Below, one piece after another: positions 13,401 through 27,140 of a DNA stretch of 64,000 nucleotides. Source of the stretch: Octopus bimaculoides (taxonomy: Eukaryota); the NCBI RefSeq assembly GCF_001194135.2, contig NC_069003.1, positions 25,503,456 to 25,567,455 of the forward strand, written 5' to 3'. The position numbers were made by a program, and so were the translations under genes. The notes under the pieces are model-generated. The model saw only the letters and a program-made list of their open reading frames with translations. It was not told the origin of the DNA and made no database searches. Position 1 is the first letter of the stretch, and each line of letters starts with the position of its first letter.

Positions 13401-14659
13401 TCGTAAGAGTTCTGGAGTCCTCGTCATGACTCGCTTAATTGGTTTGATATTGCAATTTAGGCGATCTCAATTTATTTTATAAGAATTCTGAGAAGCCATT
13501 CGCATCAGAAATGAGATGTAACGAGGCGGAATGTTGAAAGCTTCTGGTATATTCTTCCATGGTCTCTAGTTGTCACGTGTAGAAGAAATAACGGCGCCGC
13601 CATCAAATGTTGGATTATATTTGACGAAGATTGGGGAATAATTATTATAAGACATGCCAAGGAACAGAAGGAAACGGGGATGGAAATACAAATATTCAGA
13701 AATAATGGCGGTTAAGATAAAAAGTTTAGAAACTAGAAACATAAAGGATATGAAATGGAGGAGAGATCAAAGGGAAATATTAGGAGATCGGTTGATGTCT
13801 AATAACAATATTACTTATAGAATTATAAACGATTAAAGCCAACGTTTAAAAGATAAAGAAACGGATTGACTAACACAAAATAAAGCGAAGCATAAAAGAA
13901 AGAAAAACAATTACGAAAGAGATATATAATGATAATTAGTAGGAATAGACATTAACAAGAGTGAAGTATTGGGTCGATTTTATACTCGTAGAAAACATCA
14001 GATATGAATGGAAACTGCAAAATGGTAGTGACTACTATTAAGAAATAAAAACAAAAGGTGAATGGATAGGGATTATAAAATCAGCTGACAAAATTGGGAG
14101 CAGTAAGGAAAAATGGTAAAAATTAAACGAGAAAGCCTCCCAAGTGAAAACCTCCATTTCTTTCCACATCATTAAAATTTCAAATTTTGTTTCCTAACAA
14201 ACAACTTGAGCCACAAAATACATTACGTGGGTAAACATGAATTGGCATCAAAATTAAAGTACACGAGATTCGTATAGACACTAAAAGATTATAAATAATA
14301 AATGTAGGAGATGGATGAACCGTGAGAGAAACAGAGAGACATTGGTGGTGTGAGAGACGAATTATGTGAAAGAATAACTATTGCAAACAGTGGCGATGGC
14401 AAAAAAACGAAAGAAAACTAGGATTCTTTCGTTTTAATACATTATAGAAAATGTCTTGTTAGTGATATCAGTGGAAATGAGAAAGAGACGATGTCGGTCG
14501 AAATTAGAGATATAGACATTCAATGCTGCGGGCATTTGAACCAGACGGTGAAATGTGAAACTTAAATATTACGTTACAAGGATATGTGTACTGACTTTGA
14601 TAGAGGATAAATCATATGTAATTGTTTACCAACTGATAACAAAAACTATCTCAACCTTC

Positions 14660-14662
<3 letters not shown>

Positions 14663-14746
<84 letters not shown>
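14663..14746. repeat. (TA)n microsatellite, about 80 bp; many shorter (TA)n/(CA)n tracts elsewhere
   Basis: Direct inspection. Confidence 0.95.
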
Positions 14747-17700
14747 AGGGCATTACTACAGAATAATGCCACACACCAGACTTCCCTTGTGATTTTTTTT
14801 TACACACTAGCTTCCTGATAAAATTCTTGTAAAAGATTTTTATCCTATTTTGAATTTATTAATCAAATATATGTGTGTGTGTATTGGAGTAATTAACTGC
14901 AGTGTTATTTCTATATTATATAAACCAGCTTGGACGGCAGTTGCTGGTCATTTGTTAATCGGGATAAAAAATTCCCTCAGTATATACATTTTATTAATCT
15001 ACTTAACTGTTGAAATTTCAAGTCTTTCTTACAAAACAACCCGTTTATGTAGAGGGGAGACATTCACTGAATCAACTTGAAGTAAAATGTTACACTGCTA
15101 TCAGATATGGCTATCTACGATCAACCGTCGACCCACCCCCATCATAAGTCCAGCAAACGAGAAAGCCTCTACTAGAAATAGCAGCCAAATGTCATACAAA
15201 TTACATCCAACTGTTAGAAAAGTACACGTTGGAGGTCTCCTTGGGTTTTCTGCATATCATAAGAGGGGCTTGTCACGGATGTAATGTCTACGATTATACG
15301 CTGATTTTGGATTAAATAACCTCACAAAAGCAGTTATACGAGCCAGTGAGGGTGCCTCTCTATACGGTCACTCAAATTGCTGGAAATAATAGCTAAAATC
15401 TTACAAATCCTAAATCCCCGTCTTTAAAAAAAAATAAATAACGACACCTTGGATAAACTATTGTCTGAATAAAAGCTGGGATTGTCATAGCTCGATAGTA
15501 GCCTTTCATTAATTAAACTTATGTCAATATAATTACTATTATTCATACATCTTGTTCATATAGGAGGATTCCTTCAGACTATCCGAACCATAAATGAATT
15601 AATCCAAACATCTGTAAAAAATATATGTTTTACTTCTAATATGATCGATATGTATCTATTGAATATATCACTGTATTACAATCGATATATTTTTATTCGA
15701 TACATTATAGATAACAATCGATATATTTCTATTAACTAAATGAATTTTTTTTTTTAAACTCAGCGAACGATAACGAACATAATCAGTCTTAATTATCAAT
15801 GGCATTATCTGTAATATATATATATATAAATAATGTACATATAATGTAATGTGACTAATAATTAAATCAAGGGTGAGACTAGATTTTAAATTACTTTCTT
15901 TTTTTAATTTCAAATACTCATGGCTAGTGACTAATTAATTAGTCAATGAACATTTCCAGTAGAAATTCAAAGCCTGAGAATTTTTCCAGAACATACTATA
16001 CGAGGAAAACATTAAAAGAATATGCTAAGCCAGAAAAAGAGCCTCTACACACAGTAGACAGATTTACTAGAAATAGCAGCTATATACCATTGCTATCGTA
16101 AGGAGTAGGGATATATTACATAATGTAGATAGCCCTCCAAAAGGTTTCGGTTGGAATGTCTGACCTAACGTCTGCTCGATCAGAGTTAACCTACGGTTAA
16201 TCCATTATATTATATTATATACACACATTAAATATTTTTATCTTCGGTATAGATTTTGTCAATATGGATGGAGATAAGTTAAATAATTTAAAATACATAA
16301 ACATTGGTACACAATTAGTGGAAACCATGACTATCACGTCTCATATTGAGACAATATATCTAAGACTATATCATTATCCAATGTCTTTTACAATAACTCA
16401 GGTGTGATTTGAGGTTCATTTGGCTGTTGTTTCTAGCAGATGGCCTTAACGGAAAGAAGGTGAAACCAGATACGTTGGTTTGTTGGTTTACATGAGACAA
16501 GACTTCTTTTCATAACTTATCAAACCTCCTTCGTCAGTGCTATATTATATTGTATGTAATATAGCTGTTAGGTATCCTCACGTTAAATCTAGTAGAATTC
16601 CATTTAATTCCAAAAAGCTTTCCAGTGGAACTACTAACGTTTGGCGAACCCAATCTCAATTTTATTTCGTTTCATTATTGGAGATAACGAATATTTAAAA
16701 GTTGTTTCGTTATTTACTGACAATTTCAAAAGATTTTATTTACAAAAGGTATAAACATGATACTACATGTGATGTAAAATGTTAGCAAATTCTTCAGATT
16801 CATTCTTTCCAATAATTTCCATCATGCAAATTCCTCCAAAAATTCGGCAACAATTGTAAACAGAAAAAAGTTTAAAATGTAGTTTGAATAATTAAGCAAT
16901 TAAGTCAATAAAATTAGAGATAATATTTCCAATAATGTGGAAAATAATTTGGGACCGCGGAAAGTCAATAGCGGGTCCAGTATTTACTGATCTTTCAATA
17001 TTATTGACCATCAAGGGATAAAATTGAGGAATGTGAAATTTGAGATGGTTCTAGTCGTCCTAATTAACACAGATGTGAGGAAACAAAGTCGGTAGGGGGC
17101 ATACTTCTGTAGACATGCCTACCCTTCACTGGGATGTGTTCAAATATACAAAAGGAGACCTAGGTGAAATTAGAACTTAAAATGTAAGAGGATCGAACAA
17201 AAAACAGCGTATGATCCCTTTTAGCCTCACCAGCAGACCCCTTGGGTTCCTTTACTAGTGTAGACTGTTTAGAAGACACGGACCAGGTGTCCAGTCTGAC
17301 GTTAACTTCTTCCGTACTCCACAAGACACCCTAAAAAGTGAGTCATGGGTGTTGGCCTTCCTACAATGATTTAACCCACTAAAATATATTTCATCTTGCG
17401 CTTTATATAGCCTGTTCATCGCCATAGTTTCTTGCTTTGGCACCGTAAGAACATAAATTACGAGGTCTGGGGTGATTTAGTCGGTTCTAAAACATGGCTG
17501 GTGATTATTTTTTATCGATCCTGGAAGGATAAAAGACAAAAAATGAAACGACATGAATTAAACAAGACCAAGAATCGCCATAAAGGATTTATGTCCAGTA
17601 ATCGGTAATCTACTATTTCTGCTAATACTGTCAATATGATTCCATCTTCCTAGCCATTATTATTAATAGTATTATTCTTATTCCCTCAATACTCCTTGTA

Positions 17701-18613
17701 TACTATATCCATCCTAAGATATTAGATAGATATTCCTTAACCCATATGGTTGTTCTTTTCAATTCGGTTCACGGGTTCAAATTTAGATATTTTTTACCTA
17801 TTTCCGGCGACTAAGTGGGAACAGATCGAACAGTGTATGTATGTATATATATATGTATGTATATATATAGTTTTAGGGAAAATATTCTCCCTAATATTAT
17901 TATATATGTATATATGTATATATATATACACACACACCACTTGTATATTTCTATGATGTGAAAATCTATCGTTATGGTAGTAAGGAAATTACATGAACAT
18001 AATTCCTGGATGGTCAGTGGAGAAATACTGGAAGGTGACCCATCTACGAAATCTATCTGTTAAATAATCTTAACATTCGTGTGGAGTGAAATAATAATAA
18101 TAATAATAAAACTTCCAAATATTAAATGCCGAACTGTAAAAAGGTTCTGACGAGCTCAAGTTGGCGACAGGGTTTCATTTCCTGGTGGTAACCATCCTGT
18201 TATTTCTTTTTCAATTTCACTTTGTCTCTCTCATAAATATGAATAGTAACAAATGAGACATCCACAATTTTAATAATACTAGAAAAGCCAAAAAGGATAT
18301 ACTTACTGATCGGCTGTCATATTTGTTTCTTGATAAAGATAACAAATAAAATGTCTTTTTGTTGTTGTTGCTGTTTTTTTCGTTACATACAAAAAAAATG
18401 AACTATTAGTTGCTGTTTCTTTCCTCCTCGAAAAAAAAAAGAAGATAAATACTTAGGTTCTTACAGACAGAACCACACCACTTAAGATACACAACTGCTT
18501 CAATCAGACATAGTCAAAAAAAAGCTTACTTAATAGAAATAAAATAAGAATTAATGGCGGCGACCGTCACTGTGGGCTGCTGCTGATGACGATCGGGATT
18601 GCTATTTATACTG

Positions 18614-18713
18614 GCTGCTGCTGATTACTATTTGAAACACAGCTGCTGCTGATTACTATTTGCAACATAGCTGCTGCTGATTACTATTTGCAACATAGCT
18701 GCTGCTGATTACT
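18614..18713. repeat. 28-bp tandem minisatellite, about 3.6 copies, within (GCT/GAT)-rich low-complexity DNA
   Basis: gctgctgctgattactatttgcaacata repeated head to tail. Confidence 0.9.
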
Positions 18714-20552
18714 TCTTTCTCTGGTAGATAGTGATGGTGATGGTGATAGCGAAGGTGCTGCTACTGATTACTGCTTTCTCTAGCTGATGGTGGTGGTGGT
18801 GGTATTAATTATGACTGTGATACTGCTGCTGCTGATGTCTATGATGACTACTATTGTTGAATTGGTTGATGATACTGCTGCTGATGATGATGATCATTAA
18901 CGAGTTGCTGCTACTGATGATTATAATTCTTGAATCGGTTGATGATGCTGCTGCTGCTGATGTTTCCCTTCGTGATAATAGTGGTCTTTTAATGTCATAT
19001 GGTCGTTTCTGATTGGTGGTGGCTGCTCATTGGTAGACAGTTCAAGATAGCTCCTGCTAGTGGTGGAGGAAGTTCTATTCCCTTCTGTATCTGATGGTGG
19101 AGTTACATCATTGATGGTTTTTATCTGATGATGGAGGAACTGATTGGTGGTTATATAATTCCGGTAGTTACTGAGGAGTTTTCTTAGCCCCTGGTCACTC
19201 CAGATTAAGCAGACTTATAATCAATTGTATTCCGGCCACGGCCAATCCCATCATTTATTAATACAATGTCAATGTTTTTAACATATGTAATATGAGTGAT
19301 GACTGACTGTTATTTCTAGCAGTTTCTGATGTTTACTACTGCTATTGGAGGCTTTAATGGTTTACAGGTAGTGGGGTACATATGGCAGTTGCATGATAGT
19401 GTAGTAAATGGCGGAAAGTAAGTGATGGTGATGAAAACGATGAATTTAATTATTTAATGTTGGTTTAAAGTGGTTGTGGAGACTAGTATAGAGATATAGT
19501 AATGGTGACGTGAGGACTGACCAAACTTATACAGGGGCTCGGCGATGGCAGGGTGGAATCGATAACCTACATTAAGGTGGTGGTGGTGGCAGCGACAGTG
19601 TTGAGTGACGTAAATCAAGGCAGCGGTAACGTCAACGGAATTACGTAAATATTTATGGTGTGGGTATTAGTGGGAATGTTGTTTAGTCCCGAATTAGGCG
19701 GTAGGGTGTGATTTGAGGAACATCTGGTTGCTATTTCTGGCAAGTCGAGCGACCACGTAAGGGCTTGCTCTCGTTAATTATAAAAGCTCCTGACCATGGA
19801 AGTGATTTAAATTTTGACTGTAGAGACGTCGGGACGGTGAACTGGGTAGTAATAATAATGGAATAATGATTTCCCCCTTTTTTTTTTACCTTTTATATAG
19901 TGAATTTCGGTGGTAACTCAAAAGATTGATTGACTGTCTGAGGTATCTCATTTTAACATATAGAAACGGAAGTGAAATTCGAAGGGCATTATATCGAATG
20001 GTCGCCGTTTTAAGTACATTTACCACCGCGTTACAGAAACTCTGGTTACGTAGTTCCAAACTTACGGAAATTGTAAAGTAAACTAATTTCGGATTACCGC
20101 CTATAACTTCGCCCTTACTAAAACCCAGATAGGGAAGATCGCCCCCAGATAGATTTTGGAGCAATTTTAAAAACTAAAATCACGATCTATATATTAGCTT
20201 TCTTCATGTCTAAAATATATTTGATGTGAATTTTAATGCAACCGGTTGCTCCTCTCGCTATTTTCTTTCTCCATTCCCACTGCACTCAACCTACCAATCC
20301 AATTGTTTACATTTTTTTTTACTCTCTTACCCATACCTTATTTGTCAATGCATTCAACAATCTTGCTGACAACTTCCCTGTCTTCTGTTAAACCAGTTCG
20401 TACGTGTACCAATTCAACTGACTGTTTTTCATTGCTCTCAACATAACTCGTTTTGTTACTAACTATATCCATACAGTACTTCCCCCAGAAAAGAAAGTCC
20501 TTTCTTCCCGTCCATACCTTTTGTTTTGTTATTTACATTATTACATCCAAAG

Positions 20553-20752
20553 TAAGGCGGGGAGCTGGCAGAATCGTTAGCACGCGAGGCAAAATATTTA
20601 GCGGCATTTTGTCCGTCCTTACCTTCTGAGTTCAAATTCCACCAAGGTCGACTTTGCTTTTCATTGTTTCGGGGTCGATAAATTAAATACCAGTGAAACA
20701 CTAGTCCCCTCCCCCAAAATGTCAGGTCTTGTGCTTTTAGAAAGGATTATTA
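20553..20752 (+). mobile_element. tRNA-derived SINE (family B), representative copy
   Basis: aaggcggggagctggcagaatcgttagc ... gagttcaaattcc; related copies at about 4200-4400, 28030-28560, 38188-38480, 52985-53180, 55125-55330, 59950-60150, 60880-61085. Confidence 0.8.
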
Positions 20753-20929
20753 CATCCAAAGTAATTAGACGCTGAACATCACTACTTTCCTTAGATTCTG
20801 GTGTCCTATTTTCTTCTCCCCCCCCTCTCTTTCTGCCATTGTTAGATTTAACTACAAAGAAATAGAGTATGTAACCACCACCATCACCATTTAACATTCA
20901 TGTTCCATGCTGGCATAGGTTAAACAGTT

Positions 20930-22047
20930 GGTTAAGAGGTGCAGCAACATCAAAGGAAGATAGCTTTCATGTGCGGCAGATGCACAGGGGCAATAAACAC
21001 CACAGATGCTCAGAAAACAGATTCTATCACATGCCAGGGGGAGAAACTAGAAGTAGTTGATAGCTTCCACTACCTAGGTGACCAAGTTAGTAGTGGAAGT
21101 GGATGCTCAGAGAGTCTTATGTTACCACTAGAATAAGAAAAGCCTGGGCAAAGTTCAGAAAGCTTCTACCCCTACTGGTGACAAAGGGCCTCTCGCTGAG
21201 AGTGAAAGGTAGATTGTACAATGCATGTGTGTGAACTGCCATGCTTCACGACATACATAGGCTCGAGAGAAATGAAGCTAGCATGATCTGCTGGATGTGT
21301 AATGTCAGTATGGACACACGACAGAGTGTAAGTGCCCTGAGAGAAATGTTGGACATAAGAAGCATCGGATGTGGCGTGCAAGAGAGACGTTTGTGCTGGA
21401 TGTACTACGGATGGACAAGGAGAGATGTGTGAAGATGTGCCACTCCCAAACAGTTGAAATAATCCTGGGTAGAGGTAGACCCAGAAAGACATGGGATGAG
21501 GTAGTCGAGCGTGACTTTTGAACGCTGGACCTCACAGAGGCAATGATGAAAGACAGAGACCTCTAGAGATATGCTGTAACTGCAAAGATCCAGCAAATAA
21601 AGTGAGTTCACGGCTGTATCCTGCACCAGTTTTGCATAACCAGCCTCAGCCCATTCAAAAGTACCTTGGGTTGTAAGGCGACCTGCTGTGCTTGAGGAGA
21701 CCTATTGAGTCAAGTACATTAACATCAAAATGAAAATCAAATGGAAATTGTAGTCGTGATACCCATGCCAGTGGCACATAAAAAGCACCGTCCAAACATG
21801 ACCGATGCTAGTGCCACCTTGACTGGCTTCTGTGCTGGTGGCACATAAAAAGCACCAACCGATCGTGGCATGTAAAAAGCACCCACTACACTCACGGAGT
21901 GGTTGGTATTAGGAAGGACATCCAGCTGTAGAAACACTGCCTAATCAGACTGGAGCCTGGTGCAGCCTCCTGGTTTCTCAGACCCCAGTCGAACCATCCA
22001 ACGCATGCTAGCATGGAAAATGGACGTTAAACGATGATGATGATGAT
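20930..22047 (+). mobile_element. 5'-truncated RTE-clade LINE with (GAT)n tail
   Basis: LEVVDSFHYLGD ... HRLERNEASMICWMCNV ... RRLCW, frameshifted; ends ccatgctagcatgg...gttaaacgatgatgat. Confidence 0.85.
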
Positions 22048-22439
22048 GTAAAAAGAGAAAATGCAAGATATGTAGTTTCCATTTACACCCTGAGCAATGT
22101 TGATCCTAATGCCCTGAAAGAAACCCACGAAAGAGCCTTTGGTGTGGCACTGATTTCTAATACAGTAGCAACTGCAAGTGAAGTATTCAAAAGAGCTGCA
22201 GTTCAGAAGAAAGAGTAGAATGATAGTAGAAGGAAATTAGATAAAGCACAAATGTAATGTAAATTCCTCTTCTCATAATTATAATAAGTAGCTGGACCAA
22301 TGGAAATTCCATGTTATAAATCAGCACATTTGAAAATATTGTGTTAGCTTATTAAACACAAGCAGAGAGTTTCGAAAATTCACTTGATATCCAGCCATTT
22401 AATAAGATATTGCTTATTTATCTTCTTGTCATACATTTG

Positions 22440-23245
22440 GCAGATTTTCGAGCGAGATCGTTGCCAGTGCCCCTGGACTGGTTCTTGTGCGGGTGGCACA
22501 TAAAATACACCATTTTGAGCGTGGCCGTTGCCAGTACCGCCTGACTGGCCTTTGTGCTGGTGGCACGTAAAAGCACCCACTACACTCTCTGAGTGGTTGG
22601 CGTTAGGAAGGGCATCCAGATGTAGAAACTCTGCCAAATCAGATTGGAGCCTGGTGCAGCCATCTGGTTTCACCAGTCCTCATTCAAATCATCCAACCCA
22701 TGCTAGCATGGGTTGGACGACTTGACTGAGGACTGGTGAAACCGGATGGCAACACCAGGCTCCAATCTAAATTTGGCAGAGTTTCTACAGCTGGATGCCC
22801 TTCCTAACGCCAACCACTCAGAGAGTGTAGTAGGTGCTTTNNNNNNNNNNTAGTTTAAGGAAATAAAATATGAATTAAAAAGATAAAACTTATTCATATA
22901 TCATCTTCATCGTTTAACGTCCGCTTTCCATGCTAGCATGGGTTGGACGACTTGACTGAGGACTGGTGAAACCGGATGGCAACACCAGGCTCCAATCTAA
23001 ATTTGGCAGAGTTTCTACAGCTGGATGCCCTTCCTAACGCCAACCACTCAGAGAGTGTAGTAGGTGCTTTTATGTGTCACCCGCACGAAGGCCAGTCAGG
23101 CGATACTGGCAACGGCCACGCTCGAAATGGTGTCTTTTATGTGCCACCCGCACAAGCCAGTCTGGGGGCACTGGCAACGATCTCGCTTGAAAATCCTACG
23201 AAGGCCAGTCAGGCGGTACTGGCAACGGCCACGCTCGAAATGGTA
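22440..23245. mobile_element. RTE 3'-tail fragments in opposite orientations around a 10-N gap
   Basis: Same tail as 21740-22047; the segment 22699-22840 is repeated identically at 22928-23070. Confidence 0.75.
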
Positions 23246-24028
23246 TATATATTGATTAAATGTTTATTATTTACAATTTTGTTAAATATCTGTCCCTGTG
23301 CTTTATTTAGTGTAAGAGAGTAGGACATGCTTACGTCCATATTTTATAAACAAATGTTTTGAGCAGATGATAATTAATTGCATTAAACACATGTGTTACA
23401 TGAGGGAATTTTAAAAAAATAAAAATATATAAACAAACTACACTGTTCAATGTCCAACCACCAACAAGGTGCGGTCCAAGTTATTTGCCAATAGAGAATA
23501 TTTTCATTTCTTTTTATTTCATTTCAATTCAGTGATCTATCTACTTGTATATCTATTAATATATCTCTCTATTTGCATAACTTTTGATGTATCGGTAGGC
23601 TCACCTACCTACCAGTCTGACTGCCTCTCTGTCTGTCTATCTGTCTAACTAACTATCATATCTACTTCCTTTTTTGCCAATGTGTGTATCTGTTTACTTC
23701 TATCTATAATAATAAAAGAAAAATTCTGTCTGTCCATCTGAAACCCTTGTATCTCACATTATATTTGCTCTACATAGACATATATCTTTTTGGAATCAGG
23801 ATGATCTCAGGATTAAAAATCTGCCCTTCATTTGGTTCTTGAACATCCAGTATTATGATCTGATTTAAAAGCATTTGAGTGCTATTTCTAGCAGGCAAAG
23901 CTTGACTGATTCACACCATCTTGGTTGGTGTTTGTCAGATGACGTCAAAGATCAAGGGGGAGATAAGTGACATAATTTTTTTTTTGCCTATGACACTACA
24001 TGGACCCTAAGAAAGGCATGTGTAAAAT

Positions 24029-24111
24029 TTGAATGAAATTGGTTGTGTAGTTCTTGAGTTTTAGGGATTCACACAGACAGACAAACACACATTCTCGTTT
24101 ATATATATATA
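24029..24111 (-). mobile_element. Non-autonomous Helitron/HINE-like 5' end
   Basis: Minus strand reads tatatataaacgagaatgtgtgtttgtctgtctgtgtgaatcc, a typical HINE start with a (TCTG)n microsatellite; a similar start occurs at 23703 (+). Confidence 0.45.
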
Positions 24112-26879
24112 TTTTACACATGCCTTATTTAGGGTCCATGTAGTGTCATAGGCCAAAAAATTGTTGACTGTTCATGATGGTACTATTAGACAAAACTCCT
24201 GTTCTATTATGAACTCCACAAATCAAACTATGTAGTTCTAAATATAGAACTACATGTACGCAAAAAACGGTAGAACAACTTTGTGTCATTCTGTATTAAA
24301 GCGGATTGTTGGATTTTAAGAAATCAAATATATTTATATTCTTAAAGTATATCCAGCGCATTTAAGAAACTAAGTACATTTCGTTGTTTCAGTTTCCGTT
24401 TCGTTTTTTCGTTCTACTTCTTAAAATACCCACGAAGACACTAAAATAGGAAACAACCGGGTATGAGTGTTGTATGATTCCCTGTTATCACTGATGGAGC
24501 AGACTTATGACCAACTATATTCCATCCCGTTCTTATCTCTTGTGCAGGAAACCCATTCCGCATTATCCAATGTAATCCCTTTCTAAGACGGCAGGCGCGT
24601 GAATTGAGGGATAATTGGTTGCTGTTTCAAGTAAATAGAGATGACGTAAAGGTACGGTTGTAGGTGATGATAGGAGTAATGTTAGATGGTACAGTATTGG
24701 GAAAGGGAGTATACTATTAATATAAACTGTCGTGTGATGATGGTAGCAAGTTTGGTAGGATATTTTAATGGGGAAGGTGGCGATGTTTCGTTGCTGCTAC
24801 AATTGTTTGAAGTAAAGGCTTAATAATCATTATAGTGCTGGCTTAAACGGGCTTATCCCATCAGCAGCTTAACAAGAAAATAGTGAAGAGTGCTTGTAAC
24901 TGACATTAATAGTTTTCTGGGGGGGGGGGTTAATATTTCAACAGACCATAACTCTCTCTCTATCGATCTGTAACTTAGCTTCTTCTCACTTTCAATTTAT
25001 TTACCCAACAACCTTTTTCATTCTTTTCAGATCTTTCTTCTCATTCCTTTTCTCGCCCTTCTACGTCTTGTATTTCTCGTCTCCTTTATCTACCCTTTCC
25101 GCTCGAATGACGCTTATCGATCTCTTCCAACGTGATCCAGAACGGAAAAATATCGATAGATGTTGTGTGCATCTGCTAAATACTTACACAAACAGGCAAC
25201 GCCGCTCCCTCAACATGCTAAAAAAAAACAGCTGTCAAATCTCCCTTAAATTATACCCACAACGTCTTAAAAAACACGATATAAAAATGTTATCATGACA
25301 GTGATACCTTTGCTTGATCAGAGCTGACCTGGGGTTAAACAACCATTTAGCGTACGCACACATACATACACACACACGCACGCACGTCGGCACACCTTTA
25401 TATTGGTTTATTTATAATAGTACAAGGTCACATGTTTGTAGTAGAAGATTTAGATGTTTAACTCGATCTCCGTAAATATCTGACACTTATCTACATTCGA
25501 TGGATGTGGTCCTGAAAGAATCTGAACTTTCAACATTGATGTAGAAACTAAACATTTTAGAGGAAAAAATAGCAGCAGGTGGATTGTCTGTCGGCCTTGG
25601 AGCTCTTCTAAAAATTCTACAATTTCTAGCCCATCGAACAATTGATGGCCTCTAGATAATTTTTTGTTACGATTTGTTTAATTTTCGCTGAAATAAGCAT
25701 TGCCAGAGATAAAAATGATAGGAGTATACACGGAGATGTTGTTATATGATAAAATCTATAATATATAACTTATACAGGAGGATATACGAGGGTATTCTTA
25801 TAAGACAATAATAATGCTTCTCATAAATGGTGGGACTGAGAATCAAGGAGAAAGATTGGCACGATTAATAAAATATGGTTTTAAACATTGTAAACTGTCC
25901 AACACCATGTAAAGAAAAGAATTTTTTGATCACAAAACTCTGAAGAGTGCAGGGTTACATAATTGGACTGTTGGATAACACTCTGTTAAACCCCAAGAGC
26001 AAAACCGATCAGTAAGATTGGCAGTAATGGCTATATAATATTGTACACTTTGATATATATATATGTTTTCGCAGCCATAAAGCACTAAGTCTTATAGATG
26101 ACTCAAGCGCTTTATGGATGCAAAACCATTAGTTTCCCCTATGACTGGCCATATAATTCACTTCCTGTAACTATATTACTGGTCTGAGATTTAGAGTGTG
26201 TTTCATTTTCAGATATATGATCAACTGACTATATATATATATATATATATATATATCGCTCATCTGATCCACCAGTGACCAAACAGGTGCGAAAGAAATT
26301 TCTTTGTCAAAAAATGATGGATTGTTTCCCTTCGACTTCAACCATGTCATTTAAGGTTCAAGTGGACAGGAGGCGACCTACATAGGTAGGAATTTCTCCT
26401 GTGGTATGTCTTTCCTTCTAGCTGTCATGACCATTATAGATACAGCAAGCCATCAAAGGATGGCTCACAGTCAGAGACAGACGGAAAGAGAGAGATAGCC
26501 ATAAGACAGCCAGCCAGTAACTTCGCCAGTTAAACAAGCAACACAGGTTCACATATTCAACATGAACAACAATTGCAGTCGCAGAACATAAACAGACACC
26601 ACTGAATGACCAATTCACACACAGACACAAAACATGTCCGGGTCCGGTTCTACCCTGTCATATCAACACAGTATTTACCCTGTTAATTTCCTTTTGACCA
26701 GCTCGAAGTAGTTGGTAATGTGATGCAGTGAAATATTTGGTGTATACAAGTAAATGCAAGTGTTGTCTAAATAAATTATTTAAACTACAATTCGATGTTT
26801 TCCCATTGTATTACTTAGATGTCGTCCACATGCCTATTTCATCTGCTACCTCAACACCTTTAGCTACACCTTTCCCACT

Positions 26880-26922
<43 letters not shown>

Positions 26923-27049
26923 GCCATCTAAGAATCCATAAGTCAGAAGACTGCACAGACTGCAGTGTAGAGTATATTGCAATAGGTTGTCCACATCTTG
27001 TACCTTATATGATGGCTTCTTTTGACCTACAATGCATGTGTGTGTGTGT

Positions 27050-27061
27050 ATAGATAGATAA

Positions 27062-27094
<33 letters not shown>

Positions 27095-27140
27095 CAGTTA
27101 GACAGACAGATAGATAGATTGATAGATAGATAGATAGATA
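27050..27140. repeat. (AGAT)n/(AGAC)n microsatellite
   Basis: Direct inspection. Confidence 0.95.

Noticed and set aside
14555-14818. ORFs with YIYI/CVCV/THTH runs (also 12982, 26728, 46682-47087, 60407, 62715)
   Set aside because: Translations of microsatellites and SINEs.
18614-18713. CRISPR-like 28-bp repeats
   Set aside because: Contiguous tandem units without spacers in eukaryotic DNA; a minisatellite.
19886-20164. 92-aa ORF with SH3-like GDLPYLGFSKGEVI, plus an ETS-like CGGAAGTG promoter motif
   Set aside because: Lacks the other SH3 signature residues and has no supported splice partners; could be chance.
22724-22750. CTGAGGA-ctggt-GAAA in RTE-tail copies as a hammerhead
   Set aside because: Only 5 nt separate the core halves, so no stem II can form.
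22699-23070. Identical about 140-bp duplication across the 10-N gap and a head-to-head join at the palindrome ccatgctagcatgg
   Set aside because: Young multicopy repeat flanking a gap (a near-identical copy also borders the 44272 gap); most simply a scaffolding artefact.
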